64,000 nucleotides of DNA from Auanema rhodensis (Eukaryota > Animalia > Nematoda). Shown piece by piece: positions 13,801 to 27,650 of the stretch (within the stretch, counting starts at the first letter, position 1; every line of letters begins with the position of its first letter). Made by a program: the position numbers and the translations under genes. The notes beneath the pieces are model-generated. The model did not search any database. It was not told the DNA's origin and worked only from the letters and a program-made list of their open reading frames with translations. The stretch spans positions 19,096,001-19,160,000 of the forward strand of contig OZ059898.1 in the NCBI GenBank assembly GCA_964057225.1, read 5' to 3'.

Positions 13801-16800
13801 TAATTTTTGTATAAAGCGTTTCTCAATGTAGTATAGTGCATTCAATGCGGATTTTTAAGCTGCGTCGATCTGTGTTATCAGATTTGCGCTAGCTTAAAAA
13901 TGCACCGAGATATCAACTGATATAAGTTCACACTTATTTCCTCGATTTTCACCCTGAAGAATTAATTTTTTCGTTGAATAACATTGTCCATCGTCTTTGC
14001 CTTGAAAAAAGGAATCTAAAAACATCTTCTTTTTGCTAAATTATTTTGAAATTTTTTGAAAAAATTTTTGTCAAAATGTTTTTGGAAGCAATGTTGAGTG
14101 TACATGGAAACTCAACATACACTAATGCATTATTTTTCAAACGATCATAACTAATTTTTGTATAAAGCGTTTCTCAATGTAGTATAGTGCATTCGATGCG
14201 GATTTTTAAGCTGCGTCGATCTGTATTATCAGATTTGCGCTAGCTTAAAAATGCACCGAGATATCAACTGATATAAGTTCACACTTATATCCTCGATTTT
14301 CACCCTGAAGAATTAATTTTTTCGTTGAATAACATTGTCCATCGTCTTTACCTTGAAAAAAGGAATCTAAAAACATCTACTTTTTGCTAAATTATTTTGA
14401 AATTTTTCGAAAAAATTTTTGTCAAAATGTTTTTGGAAGCAATGTTGAGTGTACATGGAAACTCAACATACACTAATGCATTATTTTTCAAACGATCATA
14501 ACTAATTTTTGTATTACGCGTTTCTCAATGTAGTATATTGCATTCGATGCGGATTTTGAAGCTGCGTCGATCTGTGTTATCAGATTTGCGCTAGCTTAAA
14601 AATGCACCGAGATATCAACTGATATAAGTTCACACTTATATCCTCGATTTTCACCCTGAAGAATTAATTTTTTTCGTTGAATAACATTGTCCATCGTCTT
14701 TGCCTTGAAAAAAGGAATCTAAAAACATCTACTTTTTGCTAAATTATTCTGAAATTTTTCGAAAAAATTTTCGTCAAAATGTTTTTGGAAGCAATGTTGA
14801 GTGTACATGGAAACTCAACATACACTAATGCATCATTTTTCAAACGATCATAACTAATTTTTGTATTAAGCGTTTCTCAATGTAGTATAGTGCATTCGAT
14901 GCGGATTTTTAAGCTGCGTCGATCTGTGTTATCAAATTTGCGCTAGCTTAAAAATGCACCGAGATATCAACTAATATAAGTTCACACTTATATCCTCGAT
15001 TTTCACCCTGAAGAATTAATTTTTTCGTTGAATAACATCGTCCATCGTCTTTGCCTTGAAAAAAGGAATCTAAAAACATCTACTTTTTGCTGAATTATTT
15101 TGAAATTTTTCGAAAAAATTTTTGTCAAAATGTTTTTGGAAGCAATGTTGAGTGTACATGGAAACTCAACATACACTAATGCATTATTTTTCAAACGATC
15201 ATAACTAATTTTTGTATTAAGCGTTTCTCAATGTAGTATAGTGCATTCGATGCGGATTTTTAAGCTGCGTCGATCTGTGTTATCAGATTTGCGCTAGCTT
15301 AAAAATGCACCGAGATATCAACTGATATAAGTTCACACTTATATCCTCGATTTTCACCCTGAAGAATTAATTTTTTTCGTTGAATAACATTGTCCATCGT
15401 CTTTGCCTTGAAAAAAGGAATCTAAAAACATCTACTTTTTGCTAAATTATTCTGAGATTTTTCGAAAAAATTTTTGTCAAAATGTTTTTGGAAGCAATGT
15501 TGAGTGTACATGGAAACTCAACATACACTAATGCATCATTTTTCAAACGATCATAACTAATTTTTGTATTAAGCGTTTCTCAATGTAGTATAGTGCATTC
15601 GATGCGGATTTTTAAGCTGCGTCGATCTGTGTTATCAAATTTGCGCTAGCTTAAAAATGCACCGAGATATCAACTAATATAAGTTCACACTTATATCCTC
15701 GATTTTCACCCTGAAGAATTAATTTTTTCGTTGAATAACATCGTCCATCGTCTTTGCCTTGAAAAAAGGAATCTAAAAACATCTACTTTTTGCTGAATTA
15801 TTTTGAAATTTTTCGAAAAAATTTTTGTCAAAATGTTTTTGGAAGCAATGTTGAGTGTACATGGAAACTCAACATACACTAATGCATTATTTTTCAAACG
15901 ATCATAACTAATTTTTGTATTAAGCGTTTCTCAATGTAGTATAGTGCATTCGATGCGGATTTTTAAGCTGCGTCGATCTGTGTTATCAGATTTGCGCTAG
16001 CTTAAAAATGCACCGAGATATCAACTGATATAAGTTCACACTTATTTCCTCGATTTTCACCCTGAAGAATTAATTTTTTCGTTGAATAACATTGTCCATC
16101 GTCTTTGCCTTGAAAAAAGGAATCTAAAAACATCTTCTTTTTGCTAAACTATTTTGAAATTTTTCGAAAAAATTTTTGTCAAAATGTTTTTGGAAGCAAT
16201 GTTGAGTGTACATGGAAACTCAACATACACTAATGCATCATTTTTCAAACGATCATAACTAATTTTTGTATTAAGCGTTTCTCAATGTAGTATAGTGCAT
16301 TCGATGCGGATTTTTAAGCTGCGTCGATCTGTGTTATCAAATTTGCGCTAGCTTAAAAATGCACCGAGATATCAACTAATATAAGTTCACACTTATATCC
16401 TCGATTTTCACCCTGAAGAATTAATTTTTTCGTTGAATAACATCGTCCATCGTCTTTGCCTTGAAAAAAGGACACTAAAAACATCTACTTTTTGCTGAAT
16501 TATTTTGAAATTTTTCGAAAAAATTTTTGTCAAAATGTTTTTGGAAGCAATGTTGAGTGTACATGGAAACTCAACATACACTAATGCATTATTTTTCAAA
16601 CGATCATAACTAATTTTTGTATTAAGCGTTTCTCAATGTAGTATAGTGCATTCGATGCGGATTTTTAAGCTGCGTCGATCTGTGTTATCAGATTTGCGCT
16701 AGCTTAAAAATGCACCGAGATATCAACTGATATAAGTTCACACTTATATCCTGGATTTTCACCCTGAAGAATTAATTTTTTCGTTGAATAACAATGTCCA

Positions 16801-19800
16801 TCGTCTTTGCCTTGAAAAACTAAATCTGAAAACATCTACTTTTTGCTAAATTATTTTGAAATTTTTCGAAAAAATTTTTGTCAAAATGTTTTTGGAAGCA
16901 ATGTTGAGTGTACATGGAAACTCAACATACACTAATGCATCATTTTTCAAACGATCATAACTAATTTTTGTATTAAGCGTTTCTCAATGTAGTATAGTGC
17001 ATTCGATGCGGATTTTTAAGCTGCGTCGATCTGTGTTATCAGATTTGCGCTAGCTTAAAAATGCACCGAGATATCAACTGATATAAGTTCACACTTATAT
17101 CCTCGATTTTCACCCTGAAGAATTAATTTTTTCGTTGAATAACATTGTCCATCGTCTTTACCTTGAAAAAAGGAATCTAAAAACATCTACTTTTTGCTAA
17201 ATTATTTTGAAATTTTTCGAAAAAATTTTTGTCAAAATGTTTTTGGAAGCAATGTTGAGTGTACATGGAAACTCAACATACACTAATGCATTATTTTTCA
17301 AACGATCATAACTAATTTTTGTATTACGCGTTTCTCAATGTAGTATATTGCATTCGATGCGGATTTTTAAGCTGCGTCGATCTGTGTTATCAGATTTGCG
17401 CTAGCTTAAAAATGCACCGAGATATCAACTGATATAAGTTCACACTTATATCCTCGATTTTCACCCTGAAGAATTAATTTTTTTCGTTGAATAACATTGT
17501 CCATCGTCTTTGCCTTGAAAAAAGGAATCTAAAAACATCTACTTTTTGCTAAATTATTCTGAAATTTTTCGAAAAAATTTTCGTCAAAATGTTTTTGGAA
17601 GCAATGTTGAGTGTACATGGAAACTCAACATACACTAATGCATCATTTTTCAAACGATCATAACTAATTTTTGTATTAAGCGTTTCTCAATGTAGTATAG
17701 TGCATTCGATGCGGATTTTTAAACTGCGTCGATCTGTGTTATCAAATTTGCGCTAGCTTAAAAATGCACCGAGATATCAACTAATATAAGTTCACACTTA
17801 TATCCTCGATTTTCACCCTGAAGAACTAATTTTTTCGTTGAATAACATCGTCCATCGTCTTTGCCTTGAAAAAAGGAATCTAAAAACATCTACTTTTTGC
17901 TGAATTATTTTGAAATTTTTCGAAAAAATTTTTGTCAAAATGTTTTTGGAAGCAATGTTGAGTGTACATGGAAACTCAACATACACTAATGCATTATTTT
18001 TCAAACGATCATAACTAATTTTTGTATTAAGCGTTTCTCAATGTAGTATAGTGCATTCGATGCGGATTTTTAAGCTGCGTCGATCTGTGTTATCAGATTT
18101 GCGCTAGCTTAAAAATGCACCGAGATATCAACTGATATAAGTTCACACTTATTTCCTCGATTTTCACCCTGAAGAATTAATTTTTTCGTTGAATAACATT
18201 GTCCATCGTCTTTGCCTTGAAAAAAGGAATCTAAAAACATCTTCTTTTTGCTAAACTATTTTGAAATTTTTCGAAAAAATTTTTGTCAAAATGTTTTTGG
18301 AAGCAATGTTGAGTGTACATGGAAACTCAACATACACTAATGCATCATTTTTCAAACGATCATAACTAATTTTTGTATTAAGCGTTTCTCAATGTAGTAT
18401 AGTGCATTCGATGCGGATTTTTAAGCTGCGTCGATCTGTGTTATCAAATTTGCGCTAGCTTAAAAATGCACCGAGATATCAACTAATATAAGTTCACACT
18501 TATATCCTCGATTTTCACCCTGAAGAATTAATTTTTTCGTTGAATAACATCGTCCATCGTCTTTGCCTTGAAAAAAGGAATCTAAAAACATCTACTTTTT
18601 GCTGAATTATTTTGAAATTTTTCGAAAAAATTTTTGTCAAAATGTTTTTGGAAGCAATGTTGAGTGTACATGGAAACTCAACATACACTAATGCATTATT
18701 TTTCAAACGATCATAACTAATTTTTGTATTAAGCGTTTCTCAATGTAGTATAGTGCATTCGATGCGGATTTTTAAGCTGCGTCGATCTGTGTTATCAGAT
18801 TTGCGCTAGCTTAAAAATGCACCGAGATATCAACTGATATAAGTTCACACTTATATCCTGGATTTTCACCCTGAAGAATTAATTTTTTCGTTGAATAACA
18901 ATGTCCATCGTCTTTGCCTTGAAAAACTAAATCTGAAAACATCTACTTTTTGCTAAATTATTTTGAAATTTTTCGAAAAAATTTTTGTCAAAATGTTTTT
19001 GGAAGCAATGTTGAGTGTACATGGAAACTCAACATACACTAATGCATCATTTTTCAAACGATCATAACTAATTTTTGTATTAAGCGTTTCTCAATGTAGT
19101 ATAGTGCATTCGATGCGGATTTTTAAGCTGCGTCGATCTGTGTTATCAGATTTGCGCTAGCTTAAAAATGCACCGAGATATCAACTGATATAAGTTCACA
19201 CTTATATCCTGGATTTTCACCCTGAAGAATTAATTTTTTCGTTGAATAACAATGTCCATCGTCTTTGCCTTGAAAAACTAAATCTGAAAACATCTACTTT
19301 TTGCTAAATTATTTTGAAATTTTTCGAAAAAATTTTTGTCAAAATGTTTTTGGAAGCAATGTTGAGTGTACATGGAAACTCAACATACACTAATGCATCA
19401 TTTTTCAAACGATCATAACTAATTTTTGTATTAAGCGTTTCTCAATGTAGTATAGTGCATTCGATGCGGATTTTTAAGCTGCGTCGATCTGTGTTATCAG
19501 ATTTGCGCTAGCTTAAAAATGCACCGAGATATCAACTGATATAAGTTCACACTTATATCCTCGATTTTCACCCTGAAGATTTAATTTTTTCGTTGAATAA
19601 CATCGTCCATCGTCTTTGCCTTGAAAAACTAAATCTGAAAACATCTACTTTTTGCTAAATTATTTTGAAATTTTTCGAAAAAATTTTTGTCAAAATGTTT
19701 TTGGAAGCAATGTTGAGTGTACATGGAAACTCAACATACACTAATGCATCATTTTTCAAACGATCATAACTAATTTTTGTATTAAGCGTTTCTCAATGTA

Positions 19801-22411
19801 GTATAGTGCATTCGATGCGGATTTTTAAGCTGCGTCGATCTGTGTTATCAGATTTGCGCTAGCTTAAAAATGCACCGAGATATCAACTGATATAAGTTCA
19901 CACTTATATCCTCGATTTTCACCCTGAAGATTTAATTTTTTCGTTGAATAACATCGTCCATCGTCTTTGCCTTGAAAAAAGGAATCTAAAAACATCTACT
20001 TTTTGCTGAATTATTTTGAAATTTTTCGAAAAAATTTTTGTCAAAATGTTTTTGGAAGCAATGTTGAGTGTACATGGAAACTCAACATACACTAATGCAT
20101 TATTTTTCAAACGATCATAACTAATTTTTGTATTAAGCGTTTCTCAATGTAGTATAGTGCATTCGATGCGGATTTTTAAGCTGCGTCGATCTGTGTTATC
20201 AGATTTGCGCTAGCTTAAAAATGCACCGAGATATCAACTGATATAAGTTCACACTTATATCCTGGATTTTCACCCTGAAGAATTAATTTTTTCGTTGAAT
20301 AACAATGTCCATCGTCTTTGCCTTGAAAAACTAAATCTGAAAACATCTACTTTTTGCTAAATTATTTTGAAATTTTTCGAAAAAATTTTTGTCAAAATGT
20401 TTTTGGAAGCAATGTTGAGTGTACATGGAAACTCAACATACACTAATGCATCATTTTTCAAACGATCATAACTAATTTTTGTATTAAGCGTTTCTCAATG
20501 TAGTATAGTGCATTCGATGCGGATTTTTAAGCTGCGTCGATCTGTGTTATCAAATTTGCGCTAGCTTAAAAATGCACCGAGATATCAACTGATATAAGTT
20601 CACACTTATATCCTCGATTTTCACCCTGAAGATTTAATTTTTTCGTTGAATAACATTGTCCATCGTCTTTGCCTTGAAAAAAGGAATCTAAAAACATCTA
20701 CTTTTTGCTAAATTATTTTGAAATTTTTCGAAAAAATTTTTGTCAAAATGTTTTTGGAAGCAATGTTGAGTGTACATGGAAACTCAACATACACTAATGC
20801 ATCATTTTTCAAACGATCATAACTAATTTTTGTATTAAGCGTTTCTCAATGTAGTATAGTGCATTCGATGCGGATTTTTAAGCTGCGTCGATCTGTGTTA
20901 TCAGATTTGCGCTAGCTTAAAAATGCACCGAGATATCAACTGATATAAGTTCACACTTATATCCTCGATTTTCACCCTGAAGATTTAATTTTTTCGTTGA
21001 ATAACATTGTCCATCGTCTTTGCCTTGAAAAAAGGAATCTAAAAACATCTACTTTTTGCTAAATTATTTTGAAATTTTTCGAAAAAATTTTTGTCAAAAT
21101 GTTTTTGGAAGCAATGTTGAGTGTACATGGAAACTCAACATACACTAATGCATCATTTTTCAAACGATCATAACTAATTTTTGTATTAAGCGTTTCTCAA
21201 TGTAGTATAGTGCATTCGATGCGGATTTTTAAGCTGCGTCGATCTGTGTTATCAGATTTGCGCTAGCTTAAAAATGCACCGAGATATCAACTGATATAAG
21301 TTCACACTTATATCCTCGATTTTCACCCTGAAGAATTAATTTTTTTGTTGAATAACATTGTCCATCGTCTTTGCCTTGAAAAAAGGAATCTAAAAACATC
21401 TACTTTTTGCTAAATTATTTTGAAATTTTTCGAAAAAATTTTTGTCAAAATGTTTTTGGAAGCAATGTTGAGTGTACATGGAAACTCAACATACACTAAT
21501 GCACCATTTTTCAAACGATCATAACTAATTTTTGTATTAAGCGTTTCTCAATGTAGTATAGTGCATTCGATGCGCATTTTTAAGCTGCGTCGATCTGTGT
21601 TATCAGATTTGCGCTAGCTTAAAAATGCACCGAGATATCAACTGATATAAGTTCACACTTATATCCTCGATTTTCACCGTGAAGATTTAATTTTTTCGTT
21701 GAATAACATTGTCCATCGTCTTTGCCTTGAAAAAAGGAATCTAAAAACATCTACTTTTTGCTAAATTATTTTGAAATTTTTCGAAAAAATTTTTGTCAAA
21801 ATGTTTTTGGAAGCAATGTTGAGTGTACATGGAAACTCAACATACACTAATGCATCATTTTTCAAACGATCATAACTAATTTTTGTATTAAGCGTTTCTC
21901 AATGTAGTATAGTGCATTCGATGCGGATTTTTAAGCTGCGTCGATCTGTGTTATCAGATTTGCGTTAGCTTAAAAATGCACCGAGATATCAACTGATATA
22001 AGTTCACACTTATATCCTCGATTTTCACCCTGAAGATTTAATTTTTTCGTTGAATAACATTGTCCATCGTCTTTGCCTTGAAAAAAGGAATCTAAAAACA
22101 TCTACTTTTTGCTAAATTATTTTGAAATTTTTCGAAAAAATTTTTGTCAAAATGTTTTTGGAAGCAATGTTGAGTGTACATGGAAACTCAACATACACTA
22201 ATGCATCATTTTTCAAACGATCATAACTAATTTTTGTATTAAGCGTTTCTCAATGTAGTATAGTGCATTCGATGCGGATTTTTAAGCTGCGTCGATCTGT
22301 GTTATCAGATTTGCGCTAGCTTAAAAATGCACCGAGATATCAACTGATATAAGTTCACACTTATATCCTCGATTTTCACCCTGAAGAAATAATTTTTTCG
22401 TTGAATAACAT

Positions 22412-25400
22412 TGTCCATCGTCTTTGCCTTGAAAAAAGGAATCTAAAAACATCTACTTTTTGCTAAATTATTTTGAAATTTTTCGAAAAAATTTTTGTCA
22501 AAATGTTTTTGGAAGCAATGTTGAGTGTACATGGAAACTCAACATACACTAATGCATCATTTTTCAAACGATCATAACTAATTTTTGTATTAAGCGTTTC
22601 TCAATGTAGTATAGTGCATTCGATGCGGATTTTTAAGCTGCGTCGATCTGTGTTATCAGATTTGCGCTAGCTTAAAAATGCACCGAGATATCAACTGATA
22701 TAAGTTCACACTTATATCCTCGATTTTCACCCTGAAGAATTAATTTTTTCGTTGAATAACAATGTCCATCGTCTTTGCCTTGAAAAAAGGAATCTAAAAA
22801 CATCTACTTTTTGCTAAATTATTTTGAAATTTTTCGAAAAAATTTTTGTCAAAATGTTTTTGGAAGCAATGTTGAGTGTACATGGAAACTCAACATACAC
22901 TAATGCACCATTTTTCAAACGATCATAACTAATTTTTGTATTAAGCGTTTCTCAATGTAGTTTAGTGCATTCGATGCGCATTTTTAAGCTGCGTCGATCT
23001 GTGTTATCAGATTTGCGCTAGCTTAAAAATGCACCGAGATATCAACTGATATAAGTTCACACTTATATCCTCGATTTTCACCGTGAAGATTTAATTTTTT
23101 CGTTGAATAACATTGTCCATTGTCTTTGCCTTGAAAAAAGGAATCTAAAAACATCTACTTTTTGCTAAATTATTTTGAAATTTTTCGAAAAAATTTTTGT
23201 CAAAATGTTTTTGGAAGCAATGTTGAGTGTACATGGAAACTCAACATACACTAATGCATCATTTTTCAAACGATCATAACTAATTTTTGTATTAAGCGTT
23301 TCTCAATGTAGTATAGTGCATTCGATGCGGATTTTTAAGCTGCGTCGATCTGTGTTATCAGATTTGCGCTAGCTTAAAAATGCACCGAGATATCAACTGA
23401 TATAAGTTCACACTTATATCCTCGATTTTCACCCTGAAGAATTAATTTTTTCGTTGAATAACAATGTCCATCGTCTTTGCCTTGAAAAAAGGAATCTAAA
23501 AACATCTACTTTTTGCTAAATTATTTTGAAATTTTTCGAAAAAATTTTTGTCAAAATGTTTTTGGAAGCAATGTTGAGTGTACATGGAAACTCAACATAC
23601 ACTAATGCACCATTTTTCAAACGATCATAACTAATTTTTGTATTAAGCGTTTCTCAATGTAGTATAGTGCATTCGATGCGGATTTTTAAGCTGCGTCGAT
23701 CTGTGTTATCAGATTTGCGTTAGCTTAAAAATGCACCGAGATATCAACTGATATAAGTTCACACTTATATCCTCGATTTTCACCCTGAAGATTTAATTTT
23801 TTCGTTGAATAACATTGTCCATCGTCTTTGCCTTGAAAAAAGGAATCTAAAAACATCTACTTTTTGCTAAATTATTTTGAAATTTTTCGAAAAAATTTTT
23901 GTCAAAATGTTTTTGGAAGCAATGTTGAGTGTACATGGAAACTCAACATACACTAATGCACCATTTTTCAAACGATCATAACTAATTTTTGTATTAAGCG
24001 TTTCTCAATGTAGTATAGTGCATTCGATGCGGATTTTTAAGCTGCGTCGATCTGTGTTATCAGATTTGCGTTAGCTTAAAAATGCACCGAGATATCAACT
24101 GATATAAGTTCACACTTATATCCTCGATTTTCACCCTGAAGATTTAATTTTTTCGTTGAATAACATTGTCCATCGTCTTTGCCTTGAAAAAAGGAATCTA
24201 AAAACATCTACTTTTTGCTAAATTATTTTGAAATTTTTCGAAAAAATTTTTGTCAAAATGTTTTTGGAAGCAATGTTGAGTGTACATGGAAACTCAACAT
24301 ACACTAATGCATCATTTTTCAAACGATCATAACTAATTTTTGTATTAAGCGTTTCTCAATGTAGTATAGTGCATTCGATGCGGATTTTTAAGCTGCGTCG
24401 ATCTGTGTTATCAGATTTGCGCTAGCTTAAAAATGCACCGAGATATCAACTGATATAAGTTCACACTTATATCCTCGATTTTCACCCTGAAGAAATAATT
24501 TTTTCGTTGAATAACATTGTCCATCGTCTTTGCCTTGAAAAAAGGAATCTAAAAACATCTACTTTTTGCTAAATTATTTTGAAATTTTTCGAAAAAATTT
24601 TTGTCAAAATGTTTTTGGAAGCAATGTTGAGTGTACATGGAAACTCAACATACACTAATGCATCATTTTTCAAACGATCATAACTAATTTTTGTATTAAG
24701 CGTTTCTCAATGTAGTATAGTGCATTCGATGCGGATTTGTAAGCTGCGTCGATCTGTGTTATCAGATTTGCGCTAGCTTAAAAATGCACCGAGATATCAA
24801 CTGATATAAGTTCACACTTATATCCTCGATTTTCACCCTGAAGAATTAATTTTTTCGTTGAATAACAATGTCCATCGTCTTTGCCTTGAAAAAAGGAATC
24901 TAAAAACATCTACTTTTTGCTAAATTATTTTGAAATTTTTCGAAAAAATTTTTGTCAAAATGTTTTTGGAAGCAATGTTGAGTGTACATGGAAACTCAAC
25001 ATACACTAATGCATCATTTTTCAAACGATCATAACTAATTTTTGTATTAAGCGTTTCTCAATGTAGTATAGTGCATTCGATGCGGATTTTTAAGCTGCGT
25101 CGATCTGTGTTATCAGATTTGCGCTAGCTTAAAAATGCACCGAGATATCAACTGATATAAGTTCACACTTATATCCTCGATTTTCACCCTGAAGAATTAA
25201 TTTTTTCGTTGAATAACAATGTCCATCGTCTTTGCCTTGAAAAAAGGAATCTAAAAACATCTACTTTTTGCTAAATTATTTTGAAATTTTTCGAAAAAAT
25301 TTTTGTCAAAATGTTTTTGGAAGCAATGTTGAGTGTACATGGAAACTCAACATACACTAATGCACCATTTTTCAAACGATCATAACTAATTTTTGTATTA

Positions 25401-27650
25401 AGCGTTTCTCAATGTAGTTTAGTGCATTCGATGCGCATTTTTAAGCTGCGTCGATCTGTGTTATCAGATTTGCGCTAGCTTAAAAATGCACCGAGATATC
25501 AACTGATATAAGTTCACACTTATATCCTCGATTTTCACCGTGAAGATTTAATTTTTTCGTTGAATAACATTGTCCATTGTCTTTGCCTTGAAAAAAGGAA
25601 TCTAAAAACATCTACTTTTTGCTAAATTATTTTGAAATTTTTCGAAAAAATTTTTGTCAAAATGTTTTTGGAAGCAATGTTGAGTGTACATGGAAACTCA
25701 ACATACACTAATGCATCATTTTTCAAACGATCATAACTAATTTTTGTATTAAGCGTTTCTCAATGTAGTATAGTGCATTCGATGCGGATTTTTAAGCTGC
25801 GTCGATCTGTGTTATCAGATTTGCGCTAGCTTAAAAATGCACCGAGATATCAACTGATATAAGTTCACACTTATATCCTCGATTTTCACCCTGAAGAATT
25901 AATTTTTTCGTTGAATAACAATGTCCATCGTCTTTGCCTTGAAAAAAGGAATCTAAAAACATCTACTTTTTGCTAAATTATTTTGAAATTTTTCGAAAAA
26001 ATTTTTGTCAAAATGTTTTTGGAAGCAATGTTGAGTGTACATGGAAACTCAACATACACTAATGCACCATTTTTCAAACGATCATAACTAATTTTTGTAT
26101 TAAGCGTTTCTCAATGTAGTATAGTGCATTCGATGCGGATTTTTAAGCTGCGTCGATCTGTGTTATCAGATTTGCGTTAGCTTAAAAATGCACCGAGATA
26201 TCAACTGATATAAGTTCACACTTATATCCTCGATTTTCACCCTGAAGATTTAATTTTTTCGTTGAATAACATTGTCCATCGTCTTTGCCTTGAAAAAAGG
26301 AATCTAAAAACATCTACTTTTTGCTAAATTATTTTGAAATTTTTCGAAAAAATTTTTGTCAAAATGTTTTTGGAAGCAATGTTGAGTGTACATGGAAACT
26401 CAACATACACTAATGCACCATTTTTCAAACGATCATAACTAATTTTTGTATTAAGCGTTTCTCAATGTAGTATAGTGCATTCGATGCGGATTTTTAAGCT
26501 GCGTCGATCTGTGTTATCAGATTTGCGTTAGCTTAAAAATGCACCGAGATATCAACTGATATAAGTTCACACTTATATCCTCGATTTTCACCCTGAAGAT
26601 TTAATTTTTTCGTTGAATAACATTGTCCATCGTCTTTGCCTTGAAAAAAGGAATCTAAAAACATCTACTTTTTGCTAAATTATTTTGAAATTTTTCGAAA
26701 AAATTTTTGTCAAAATGTTTTTGGAAGCAATGTTGAGTGTACATGGAAACTCAACATACACTAATGCATCATTTTTCAAACGATCATAACTAATTTTTGT
26801 ATTAAGCGTTTCTCAATGTAGTATAGTGCATTCGATGCGGATTTTTAAGCTGCGTCGATCTGTGTTATCAGATTTGCGCTAGCTTAAAAATGCACCGAGA
26901 TATCAACTGATATAAGTTCACACTTATATCCTCGATTTTCACCCTGAAGAAATAATTTTTTCGTTGAATAACATTGTCCATCGTCTTTGCCTTGAAAAAA
27001 GGAATCTAAAAACATCTACTTTTTGCTAAATTATTTTGAAATTTTTCGAAAAAATTTTTGTCAAAATGTTTTTGGAAGCAATGTTGAGTGTACATGGAAA
27101 CTCAACATACACTAATGCATCATTTTTCAAACGATCATAACTAATTTTTGTATTAAGCGTTTCTCAATGTAGTATAGTGCATTCGATGCGGATTTGTAAG
27201 CTGCGTCGATCTGTGTTATCAGATTTGCGCTAGCTTAAAAATGCACCGAGATATCAACTGATATAAGTTCACACTTATATCCTCGATTTTCACCCTGAAG
27301 AATTAATTTTTTCGTTGAATAACAATGTCCATCGTCTTTGCCTTGAAAAAAGGAATCTAAAAACATCTACTTTTTGCTAAATTATTTTGAAATTTTTCGA
27401 AAAAATTTTTGTCAAAATGTTTTTGGAAGCAATGTTGAGTGTACATGGAAACTCAACATACACTAATGCATCATTTTTCAAACGATCATAACTAATTTTT
27501 GTATTAAGCGTTTCTCAATGTAGTATAGTGCATTCGATGCGGATTTTTAAGCTGCGTCGATCTGTGTTATCAGATTTGCGCTAGCTTAAAAATGCACCGA
27601 GATATCAACTGATATAAGTTCACACTTATATCCTCGATTTTCACCCTGAA
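22412..27650. repeat. 7-monomer (2457-bp) higher-order tandem duplication
   Basis: Variants gtTtagtg at 22962/25419 and gatttGtaag at 24739/27196, with the intervening variant pattern matching at offset 2457. Confidence 0.87.
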
